Part shown: piece by piece, positions 51,501 to 61,188 of the stretch | Layout: each line of letters starts with the position of its first letter | Position numbering within the stretch: the first letter of the stretch is position 1 | Assembly (NCBI GenBank): GCA_000388065.2 | Contig: KB932207.1 | Strand: one strand, 5' to 3' | Source: Fonticula alba ATCC 38817 | Lineage: Eukaryota > Protista > Nucleariida | DNA length: 61,188 bases | The notes under the pieces: generated by a model | The model's input: the letters and a program-made list of their open reading frames with translations, nothing else | What the model was told of the DNA's origin: nothing | Databases searched by the model: none | Position numbers and translations under genes: made by a program

Positions 51501-51805
51501 CATCATGCCGCCGACCAAGACCGTAGCGCTGGTGGAATTCTCCGAGCCGACCGAGGCGCGTGCGGCCTTCCGTAAGCTGGCCTTCTCCAAGGTCCAGGAC
51601 ATGCCGCTGTACTTGGAGTGGGCCCCGGCGGGGACATTTACCGCCTCCGTGGTCCCTGGCGCCGGGCCGATGGTGGCCATCGGCAAGCTGGCACCCGAGG
51701 GTGCCGGCAGCGGGGCCACCGAGCCGGCCGCTGTCCGGACCACCTCCGAGTCGCTGGTCCTGGCTGACTCCTCTGGCACGGGGCAGCCAGCCGCCGAAGG
51801 CACCC

Positions 51806-51840
<35 letters not shown>

Positions 51841-52826
51841 GCCGCGTCGACGGTCGGCGATTCCGAGGGCTGCACGGTCTTCGTCAAGAACCTGAACTTC
51901 TCCACCACCGACGAGACCCTGCACACGGTGTTTGCGGCGGTTGGTCCTCTGCGCAGCGCGCAAACCACCAAGAAGACCACGCGCTCCGGAGAGAAGGTGC
52001 GTGTGTGTGTGGGTGTGGGTGTGTGTGTATCTATTCGCCGAGGGGGGAGCCGCGCACATGGCGCACGCCTGGCCATGTCACACGGCCGCATCCTTTGATC
52101 GCCATCCTTACTCGCCCGCTTTCCCCTTCATGACGCATCTAACCCGTGCTATGTGGTCATTTTGCAGCTCTCCATGGGCTTCGGGTTTGTGGAGTTTGTC
52201 CATGCCTCCGATGCCAGCAAGGCCATTCAGAATCTGCAGGTTCGCATGCTTATTCCCCCTTGGACTGCTCTTTGCCGTGCTTTCCCGCCCGTACTCACGC
52301 TGGCATACCACCACCACCACCACTACCACAGGGCACCACTCTTGACGGCCACTCTCTCCAGCTGAAGCTCTCTCACCGGAAGAGCGGCGCTGGCGATGGG
52401 GCTGAGAGCCGGAAGTCCGCCCGACGCCCCGATGCCCCGGCCGGCTCCGGAACCCCGTCCAACAAGCTGGTCATCCGCAACGTCCCATTCCAGGCCACCC
52501 GCCAGGAGCTTCGCCAGCTGTTCATCCCGCACGGCACCATTCGGTCTCTGCGCCTGCCGCGTAAGTTCGATGGCAACCACCGGGGTTTCGCCTTCATCGA
52601 GTTCGCCACCGAGTCCGAGGCGGCTGCCGCGCGCGCCGCCGTCGAGACCCATCTTTACGGCCGTCGTCTGGTCATCGAGTGGGCCTCGACCGAGGACGCG
52701 TCGGTGGATGCCGACGCTGCCATGCATCGCGCCGCCCGGGACTTCGAGAAGGCCAACGCCGTGCCCACCGGCCGGGGACCGCGCCAGCAAAGCAAGAAGA
52801 TCCGCATCAGTCGTGACGGCGAGTAG
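48546..52826 (+). CDS. MRD1: Multiple-RRM ribosome biogenesis factor Mrd1/RBM19, multi-exon
   Basis: (M)[36 protein letters not shown]|[32 protein letters not shown]...[72 protein letters not shown]...HRGFAFIEF and [13 protein letters not shown]. The start codon is split by intron 48548-48721. Confidence 0.95.
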
Positions 52827-53636
52827 GACATCGGCACACGCATGCTTCCTTGGGCCCCCCCCCCCCCCCCCCTGCCACGGGGCCAATCGCTCGCGGTGTT
52901 TGTTTCCCCTCCCTCGCCCTTGGGCTCTTGTTGTGGGCGGCTCCCCTTCCCCCTCGGCCGCCATCCTCCTGCCGGACGCGCGCGCGCTCTCCCTCACTTC
53001 CCCCTCCAGAACCGTGGGCCCGGCTCCACAATAGACTGTATATTAACTGTAACCGACCCTGAGTGGGCATGTGACATGGGGGCCTGAGCACGCCATCTTC
53101 CCGGGATCGACCAGATCTCCGTTGCCGTCCTCTGCCCGTGTGGGGGATCTCTCTCTGTGTGTGTGTGGCCCTTCGGCTCCCGGTCGGGCCACAGCCTCAC
53201 ACCGGCGGAAGGGCAGGCTCTCTTCACCCACGGCAGGGGACACGCCCAGGCCCCCCTGCCCTCCTCCGCCCTTCACCAGGGGGGGGGGNNNNNNNNNNNN
53301 NNNNNNNNNNNNNNNNNNNNNNNNNNNNNNNNNNNNNNNNNNNNNNNNNNNNNNNNNNNNNNNNNNNNNNNNNNNNNNNNNNNNNNNNNNNNNNNNNNNN
53401 NNNNNNNNNNNNNNNNNNNNNNNNNNNNNNNNNNNNNNNNNNNNNNNNNNNNNNNNNNNNNNNNNNNNNNNNNNNNNNNNNNNNNNNNNNNNNNNNNNNN
53501 NNNNNNNNNNNNNNNNNNNNNNNNNNNNNNNNNCCCCCCCCCCCCCCCCCCCCGCCACCACTTCGCCCCTTCGGTCCCCGGCCCACTTGCCTATCCAAGG
53601 GAGAGACGGAGGAAAAGAGAAAGCCCCACAGGAAAC

Positions 53637-54755
53637 ATGCTCTCGCGCCTTTCCGTGCAGCCCCTCGCACGCGCCTTGCGGCCCGGCTCGTCGCCCCTGC
53701 TCGGGGGAGCCGCCTTCCGATCGACCGTGCCCGCTCGGCCCGGGCCTCCTCGGCCCGGGGGCAAGCCCACGCCACCCGGTGCAAAGCCGCCCCACTCGAG
53801 GCCCGGCAAGGGGCCGACCCCGGCGGCGGCGGGGGCCAGGGCTGCGGCCACCGGCGCGGCCTCCCTCCCCCCAGGCCTAACCAGTGCCTTTACCCAGACC
53901 ACCGGCTTGGCGGTGAAGGCCGCGCGTCAGCGCTTCCCGGCCATGTTTGAGCCCCGCAACCAGGCCATCATCCTTGGCTCGCTGATTGCCTACGAGTCGG
54001 TGGGGTTCCTCCTCATTCGCTATGGGTTCTCCGTGTATGATGTGGGTGCCCCGCTGCTGGTCATCGGGGCTCGGCTCTCGGTCAAAACCCTGGTCACGGC
54101 CCTGTCGGCCGTGGCCACCACGGCCTACCTCCTGCCGAAGGGGGACGCCCGCGCGTCGCTCTTCACGCGCTTGCGCACCACGGTCGCCGACGCCGCGACC
54201 CGCATTGCCGGCCACATTTCCCGGCAGTCGGCCCCGGGGGTGGGCCTTCTCGGGCCGGCGGCCACGGCCACCACCGCCGCGGCCGATGCCCAGGCTCCCG
54301 GCACCAAGGCCAATCTGCTGGCGGCCACGCGCACGCGCTTGGGCTCCTGGTATCGGGCGGTCTTCACCACCACCAATGCCCAGCGTCTGTCGGGGTTGAT
54401 TGTCATCCGCCGCGGTGTGTCGATGCTGGTCCTGGCGCCGGTGCTGGCCGGGTTGTACATCCTGCCGGGCATCCCGCGCGACTATCTCTCCTGGGATCTG
54501 AGCCGGAATGTGGACCCGGCGGCCGTCGGCCTTGGTGGAGGGAAGCTGGCCATGGTGGCGGCCGAGGAGGTCGGCGCCCCGGGTGGGATTCCTCCCGGCC
54601 TCAGCGGCCACCTGGACGCGCTCCTGGATAACCCCATCGTCCAGGCGGCGGGTCGCGAGGCGCGCATCCTCTATGCCACGATCATTTCGCAGACCTTCCT
54701 GCAGCCATTCTACCTGCTTGGGGTGGCCCAGTGTCTGCGCCTGCTTCGCCGGTGA
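53637..54755 (+). CDS. Hypothetical mitochondrial membrane protein (372 aa, intronless)
   Basis: MLSRLSVQPLARALRPGSS is presequence-like. Hydrophobic segments include AIILGSLIAYESVGFLLI, APLLVIGARL..LVTALSAVATTAYLL, LIVIRRGVSMLVLAPVLAGLYIL and ILYATIISQTFLQPFYLLGVA. Confidence 0.62.
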   Translation: MLSRLSVQPLARALRPGSSPLLGGAAFRSTVPARPGPPRPGGKPTPPGAKPPHSRPGKGPTPAAAGARAAATGAASLPPGLTSAFTQTTGLAVKAARQRFPAMFEPRNQAIILGSLIAYESVGFLLIRYGFSVYDVGAPLLVIGARLSVKTLVTALSAVATTAYLLPKGDARASLFTRLRTTVADAATRIAGHISRQSAPGVGLLGPAATATTAAADAQAPGTKANLLAATRTRLGSWYRAVFTTTNAQRLSGLIVIRRGVSMLVLAPVLAGLYILPGIPRDYLSWDLSRNVDPAAVGLGGGKLAMVAAEEVGAPGGIPPGLSGHLDALLDNPIVQAAGREARILYATIISQTFLQPFYLLGVAQCLRLLRR

Positions 54756-54936
54756 GCCCCCCCCCCCCCCCCCCCCTGAGTAAGCACACATGCACGCACA
54801 AACGCACACAGGACGCAAAGGACGATCGTGTGTGCGCACATATTCGCGCCTGCCCCGTCCGCCACCCGCCAATCGGTGCACCGGGTGAATCACATAGATT
54901 GCTTTTTGCCGCGTTTTCCCCCTTTTTTTCGCATTT

Positions 54937-55848
54937 TCAGGCTGTTTATTGTTTGGAGAGGGGAGGGAACTGGGATCGTGCAGAAGAGGGGAGCCAAAAA
55001 AAAGGGAGGGGGCACGAGGAGGAGTGTGTGGGATATGTAAGAGGGAGAGGAAGAGACACACACCCATACGCATATACACATACGCACATACACACACACA
55101 CACACACNNNNNNNNNNNNNNNNNNNNNNNNNNNNNNNNNNNNNNNNNNNNNNNNNNNNNNNNNNNNNNNNNNNNNNNNNNNNNNNNNNNNNNNNNNNNN
55201 NNNNNNNNNNNNNNNNNNNNNNNNNNNNNNNNNNNNNNNNNNNNNNNNNNNNNNNNNNNNNNNNNNNNNNNNNNNNNNNNNNNNNNNNNNNNNNNNNNNN
55301 NNNNNNNNNNNNNNNNNNNNNNNNNNNNNNNNNNNNNNNNNNNNNNNNNNNNNNNNNNNNNNNNNNNNNNNNNNNNNNNNNNNNNNNNNNNNNNNNNNNN
55401 NNNNNNNNNNNNNNNNNNNNNNNNNNNNNNNNNNNNNGGGGGGCACGCATTGGGACAGGCGGGGCCAGGGAGGGGAAGCACGTACCGATGATGATGATAA
55501 GCAGGAGGATCACGATACCCGCGATGATGAGGTTGAGCTTGACGTTCTTCCACCAGAACTGCTTGCGGATCTTGGTGGCACCGGTGCGGAACTGGTTGGC
55601 CTGGTTCTGCAGCTGGTCTGTGGTGGGGGGCGATGAGCGCGCCAGGCGAAAGGGAGCGGGACGGGGGCCAAGTCAGCGGCGGCACCACAACAAGAGCGAG
55701 GGAGAGGCGAAGCAGAGGAAGGGCGTGCGAAGGGCAGGGCGAAAAGGGGGGGGGGGGGGGGGGGGGGGGCGGGGGGGGGGGGGGGGAGAGGGGGGGGGAG
55801 AGGAAAGGGGGGGGGGGGGGGGGGGGGGGAGAGGGGGGGGGAGGGGGG

Positions 55849-55884
<36 letters not shown>

Positions 55885-56629
55885 GGGGAGCCAGGCGGCA
55901 GGAACACGCACCAGTGCGCTCCTGGAGGTCGTCCAGACGCTCGCCGCGCTCCATCACCTTGCCCAGGTTCTGGTGCATGATGGACACCACCTCGTCCACC
56001 TGGGACTGTGGCTGTGGCAGCTTGTCCGGCTGGCCGGATCCATAGTAGTCGTTGCCGCCGTGGGACGTCGAGCCGTACGGGGCGTTGGAGTTGTAGGGGG
56101 AGGCCCTGCATGAACGGGTGATACGCATATACACATACGCACATACACACACACACACACACACGCCCCCCCTTTCGTCGCCGCTCCTTGTCTGACTGAG
56201 AGAGGAGGGGGAGAGGGGTGCTCCTGCCCGCCCACCAGGGGAAGGGAGAGGATTACCCAGAGGTGGCATGATGCATAAGCAGCATCATGCGTGCGCGTGA
56301 GTGTGTGTTTGTGTCTGCGTCTGACATCACACGCGCGCGAACACATGGACGCGACACAGGGCAGGCGGAGGAGCGAGGAAAAGGGGGGGGGGCACCTCGC
56401 TGGCTGCCTTGGTCCTGCGCCTTCAGGCACGCCCCTTCCCCGGCGGTGGAGGGAAAGGAGGGGAGAGAGAGAGAGAGAGAGAGAGGGAGGGAGGGAGNNN
56501 NNNNNNNGAGAGAGAGAGAGAGAGAGAGAGGGAGGGAGGGAGAGAGGGAGAGAGATGGGCATGACGAAGGCGGGCGGCTTAGCCGTGGTGGAGAGGGAGG
56601 GCGAGCGGGGAGCAAGAGGAGACGCACAT
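54937..56629 (-). CDS. Synaptobrevin/VAMP (Snc1-like brevin R-SNARE), spliced
   Basis: SQVDEVVSIMHQNLGKVMERGERLDDLQERT|DQLQNQANQFRTGATKIRKQFWWKNVKLNLIIAGIVILLLIIII contains the zero-layer Arg and the WWKN juxtamembrane motif. The start is AT|G (56629-56628 plus 56105). The 3' end is tentative because the last intron contains a gap. Confidence 0.88.
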
Positions 56630-58599
56630 GGCGGGAGCTCGGCTGGCAGTTGGCAAGCAACCGGGACACGGGACGGTGAGTGGGGACTGGTCGCAGGAGG
56701 GGACGCGCAAGGGAGCAGACAAAAGGCCGGGCGCTGACGTACGATCAGAGAAAGGGGGAAGAGGGATCGAACAGAGACCGCACTTGAGGGGGGGGGGGAT
56801 GGAGACGAGGCGGAGGACGAAGCGGCGGGGGGGAGGAGAGGGCAGATGGATGGGGGGCGGGGGGGAGAAGGGGGAAGAGAGGGGGGAGGGGATGGTATGG
56901 GAACTGTGCTGGGCCCCCCCACACGCGTGTCAGCCGGGGGCCATCCTCTTGTTGGCCGCTGGGAGAGGCCCGGCCGGGCAAGCCCCCGAGTGTGCCGATC
57001 CGGGCTTCCGGCTCCACTCGCAGACGCCCCGCGCCCGGCCCTCAGCCCATGCTCTCGCGGACGAGGGCACCCATGAATGCCGCCGCACCAGCGAACTTAC
57101 GCTTGCCCCTTTGCCCCCCCCCCCCCCCTGGCTGAGGCCCAGAGGTACATGCCGAGAAGAGGCTCCAAGTGGGCGCATCCTTCGAACGGAAGGAAAAAGA
57201 ACCGCCCGCGCCCCATCCCCAGCCGGGGGGGGGGGCGCGGCACACAGGCATCCGGCTCCCTGCAGCCATGGTCCTTGCTGGGGGAATCCACCCGGGGAAG
57301 CGGGCTGACAGAGGGGGGGGGGGGGCAGGGCGGGGGTGGCTGGCTGGCTGGCTGGGAAGGTCCGCGACATAGTGGGAGAAGCCTCCCGCACCCCGGGTCG
57401 CACGGCGGTGATGTGGCCCACCCACCCTCCGGTCCGCCAGCCAGGGAAGGAGCCGCTGGCGGTTGGACCCGCGGGGAGGGGGGGGGCGGCGGGTGCCGGG
57501 CGTGGGCCATGTATTCATGAGGCGCCTGTGTGAGCGCGCCCACGCCCGTCTACACCCGCCCGCGCAGCCTAATGGGGAGAGCAATCCCGAGGGCGCCTCT
57601 CCTCCGGCCGAGCCCTGTCTGCGCCGCTCTCTTTTTGGTCGGCGCTCTTCGGCACGCGGGGTGGCGGGCCGGGGGGGGCGGGGGGGGGGCCACCAGAACC
57701 GCTGGCGCTCCGGCGCCGCCCACCCAACCAGATGCCGGTCACTGATGCGCCAGAACCGCCATTCCCCGGGTGTCGCAGTCACAGAGACCGCCGTTGCCGG
57801 CGCCGGGGGAAGCCGCGACCGCCCTCCGCCGGTGATGAGGCAGCACCAGGAAATAAACAACAACGCGCCTTCCGCGGTGGACCCAGACGGAAAAGGGAGC
57901 CAGGGCTCCCCGCCCCCGGAACCCACCGCCCCCTGCCGGCGCCGAGGATCGGGCGAGGCCAACACGTTAAGACCCGGAAAGAGAAGGCGCAGGAAAGGGC
58001 AACCGTGGCCGCCTCTTGCCAATGCTCCGGCCGGCCGCAAGATGCCCCGGCCCCAGAGCCCCAGCCCCGGCCCCGGCCCCGGCACCCCGCCCCCCCCCCC
58101 CCCCCGATAGGCCCTGCTCCCCCTCCCCAGGCAGAGCCCCGCCGGGCCTGTCGGTCGAAACGCCCAGCCCGCGAGGCCGATCGTCCGCGGGGAGGGGGGA
58201 AGGGGGGGGGGGGGAAGTGACCGAGGTCGTGCGAGTGCCCATCCCTCGTCGTCACGCCGGTGAACTGAGACCCGCAGCATGGGCGAGACTTCCAGCGAAA
58301 AAAAAAAACGCCCGTCCGGTCAAATCCCGCCGGCAAATCGCAAACGCCCGGCTGGGGGACAGCACCCCGGCGGGAGGGCGGGAGTCCGATCGCGCGCCCT
58401 CCCGCCGGTGATCTGCCAGAGCTTGTCGCAATGCCCGGCGCCCTCCTTCTTGCGACCTGCCCCCCCCCCATTCACCCCGACTCAGGCTAACGGCCAAATG
58501 TGTCCCGCGGGCGGCCAGCCGTTTTCTAGTGGGGGATGCCGAACCAGCGCGCCCCTCGCCCCCCCCCCCGCCCCCCCCGCCAACAGCCGGGGGGCATGC

Positions 58600-60809
58600 C
58601 GGGACTATCTGCTCTTCCTTCTCCTGGGCCTGGAGAATGGGGATTCGACCACAAAAGGCGGCTCCAGAACCCGGGGGCAGGTGGGCAGTAGTAGCGTGCG
58701 GCCGCGCCGACCATCATCCGCGAGTATCCTCGAAAGAAAAATAAAAAGAAAAAGAACCTGCTTATGTGTCGCCGGAGATGGCGACGCAGGCCTGCCGGGG
58801 GGGTGGGGGGGNNNNNNNNNNNNNNNNNNNNNNNNNNNNNNNNNNNNNNNNNNNNNNNNNNNNNNNNNNNNNNNNNNNNNNNNNNNNNNNNNNNNNNNNN
58901 NNNNNNNNNNNNNNNNNNNNNNNNNNNNNNNNNNNNNNNNNNNNNNNNNNNNNNNNNNNNNNNNNNNNNNNNNNNNNNNNNNNNNNNNNNNNNNNNNNNN
59001 NNNNNNNNNNNNNNNNNNNNNNNNNNNNNNNNNNNNNNNNNNNNNNNNNNNNNNNNNNNNNNNNNNNNNNNNNNNNNNNNNNNNNNNNNNNNNNNNNNNN
59101 NNNNNNNNNNNNNNNNNNNNNNNNNNNNNNNNNNNNNNNNNNNNNNNNNNNNNNNNNNNNNNNNNNNNNNNNNNNNNNNNNNNNNNNNNNNNNNNNNNNN
59201 NNNNNNNNNNNNNNNNNNNNNNNNNNNNNNNNNNNNNNNNNNNNNNNNNNNNNNNNNNNNNCCCCCCCCCCGTTCGAGCCTGGCACCGGTGTGGCGCGGG
59301 GCCACAGGCGAAGGAGACACACGCACAGGTGCCGCTGCACGCGGCGAAGCGTCAGCCGGCTGAAACCGATCACAAACATGCGCATATCCGGCGACAGGCC
59401 GGCCGGCAGGGTGAAGGCCAGTTGGAAGTCCTCGGCCGCCGGCACGTCAGACTCGGCGCCCGGGATGGGGTCGGTGTCGGCGCGCGGCCGGCGACCACCC
59501 CCGGGCCCGGCTGCCGAGGTGGCCATGGTGCCCTCGTCATCGGGGCCGGCGCTCGCGACGCCGGCCGACCACGGGGGCGCGTCCGCCGCGTCCTCCTCGG
59601 TGTCGGAGCCGTTGCCATCGCCCAGCCCCGGGGCGAGGGAGTCCAACTCCTCCGGCCGGAGGAGACTCCCATCACCGTCCCAACTGAGCCAGAGCCGGGC
59701 CAGGTTGCGTAGCTGCCGCGGCGTCAGCCGGACCGGGGCCCTGGCTGCCTGGAAGCGCCCGTGGGGCCAGGAAAAGAGGAGCAAATCACACAGAGGCCGC
59801 GATCCATGGACGAGCATCAGCGGCAGGTGCACCACCAGGCCGGGGTGCTGCCCGGCTCCGGAGCCGGCGGCCGCCTCGCCGGCATCACCCGCTCCGCTTG
59901 GCATCGGGGCTGCCGAGACGCGCGCCATCGCCCGCGTCGCGGATTCCGGCGTCACGTCGAAGTCCCCGGCGGCCGGGTCGCGCAGGAGCAGCGCCGTCAC
60001 CGAGGTCGCCTCCGTTTGGGAGCCGATGTGGAAGTCCACCGACAGCCAGACGCCGGCCACTTGCGGGCGCTCTTGCTCGGCCGGCCAGATGCCCTCGCCG
60101 AAGTCCTCCGGCAGTAGCGCCCTCGGGCGCAGGTACAGCACCTCGACCGTCGCCCGGATGAGGACCCCCCCGGGGGGCAGGTGCCTCTCGACATGGTATG
60201 CCAGCTCCCGGCTCAGGCCCTGGCTCAGGGATTCCCCGGGCAAGGGGCCGGGCCTGGCGGAGATGCTGCCCGCCAGGTCCTTCACCTTCTGCGGGAGGGG
60301 GAAGTCCGCCAGGGGAGACACACGAAAGAGCGACCAAGTCCGCTTATAGAGGACTGCCCTTCCGAGGCCGAAGCCGGGCGTGGTTAGAGGAGGGCCGGGG
60401 AGGGGAGGGGAGGGGAGGGGGGGGCACGGAGAAGCTGGCGGATCGGGGCGGGAACAGACATTGGCGCAGTGTCGAGGGGGATGGCGCGCGCGGGAGGGGG
60501 GGTTTGCCGCGTACGATGCTGAAGCCGGCTGAAGAGTTGGTGCGCGGAGAAGATGTCCCGCTCCTCGAGGCCGGAGACCGCGGAGGGTGCGGAGCGCAGG
60601 CGCCCGCTGGCTGGGGGGCGCGCCCGGCGCGACTGGGATGAGGCGGGATTCTCGGCCAGGTCCGACAGGATGTCCACTGGGAGGTCATGGAGGAGGGCCT
60701 CCTGTGAGGCGACCGCCGCGAAGGCCGGCGTCACCGGCGTACCGGCCAACAGCCGGCGCCGGATGGACGCAAACTCGACGGACTCTTCCGGAGGCAGAGA
60801 CCCGGACAT
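58600..60809 (-). CDS. CENPL: Probable kinetochore CCAN subunit CENP-L (Fta1/Iml3-Chl4 partner family), divergent and gap-interrupted
   Basis: Spliced LQH|LLYKRTWSLFRVSPLADF resembles the CENP-L N-terminal W-x-x-x-x-x-[ST]PL motif. Also LPLMLVHGSRPLCDLLLFSWPHGRF..APVRLTPRQLRNLARLW and FQLAFTLPAGLSPDMRMFVIGFS. Both ends are uncertain, and a 5' exon may lie near 61030-61188. Confidence 0.6.
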
Positions 60810-61188
60810 GCGTGTGCTTGCCAATCGGGTCCAGGTGAGCAGGGGGGGGGCGGGGGGAGGGGGCGAGCCAGGAGAGGCAGGCGAGACGCCCGGCGAGAGG
60901 TGGCAAGCGAGAGCGACAACAGGAACAGCGGGGGGAGGGGGGGGGGGGGCTATCTACTGCCCCGGCGCCTGGGCCCCGCACCCCCATCGCGGGACCACAA
61001 AAGCAGGGCCCGATTGGCGGGAGATCGCAGGTACCAACGATCGGCGGGACGATCGGCGGCATGAGCCCTGGTGCCGGCGGATCGTCGCCCCTGGCGGAGC
61101 TCCCTCCACCCTGTCGGGGCCCCCCTCCTGGCGGCGAGCGTGCACAAGCGTCGGCAGCAGGCGTTGTCGGGGCGGGGCAGGGCGGGGG

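Noticed and set aside
56700-58550. ORFs between the VAMP and CENP-L genes
   Set aside because: They consist of G/C homopolymer-driven Pro/Gly/Arg sequence with no coding signature.

Overview
This is a very GC-rich, intron-containing eukaryotic scaffold with many N gaps and microsatellites. The gene content and style suggest a compact opisthokont protist, possibly Fonticula-like; that assignment is inference only. About 15 spliced protein-coding genes can be reconstructed by hand, mostly arranged as divergent pairs: a hypothetical mitochondrial protein, FYV4/mS41, a PPxY single-pass membrane protein, CPSF3, LSM2, a ~3,000-aa degenerate STAND/AAA-like P-loop protein, U1A/U2B'', a p24 cargo receptor, endosulfine, a TRIP12/UFD4-type HECT ligase, ERF4/GOLGA7, CDC5L, MRD1/RBM19, a mitochondrial membrane protein, a synaptobrevin and a probable divergent CENP-L. 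Four observations stand out. (1) The giant protein has a Walker A K-to-C change, the STAND GxP motif, a possible dead nuclease-like domain and a poly-Q tail. (2) Two genes have their start codon split by an intron (AT|G). (3) Splice donors are dominated by GTNCG(T/C), with C at +4. (4) An Illumina adapter is assembled into ERF4, creating a false duplication and frameshift. No rRNA, tRNA, CRISPR array or recognisable transposase was found. Most long ORFs in the six-frame track are antisense shadows of real genes. Exon boundaries are manual and approximate.
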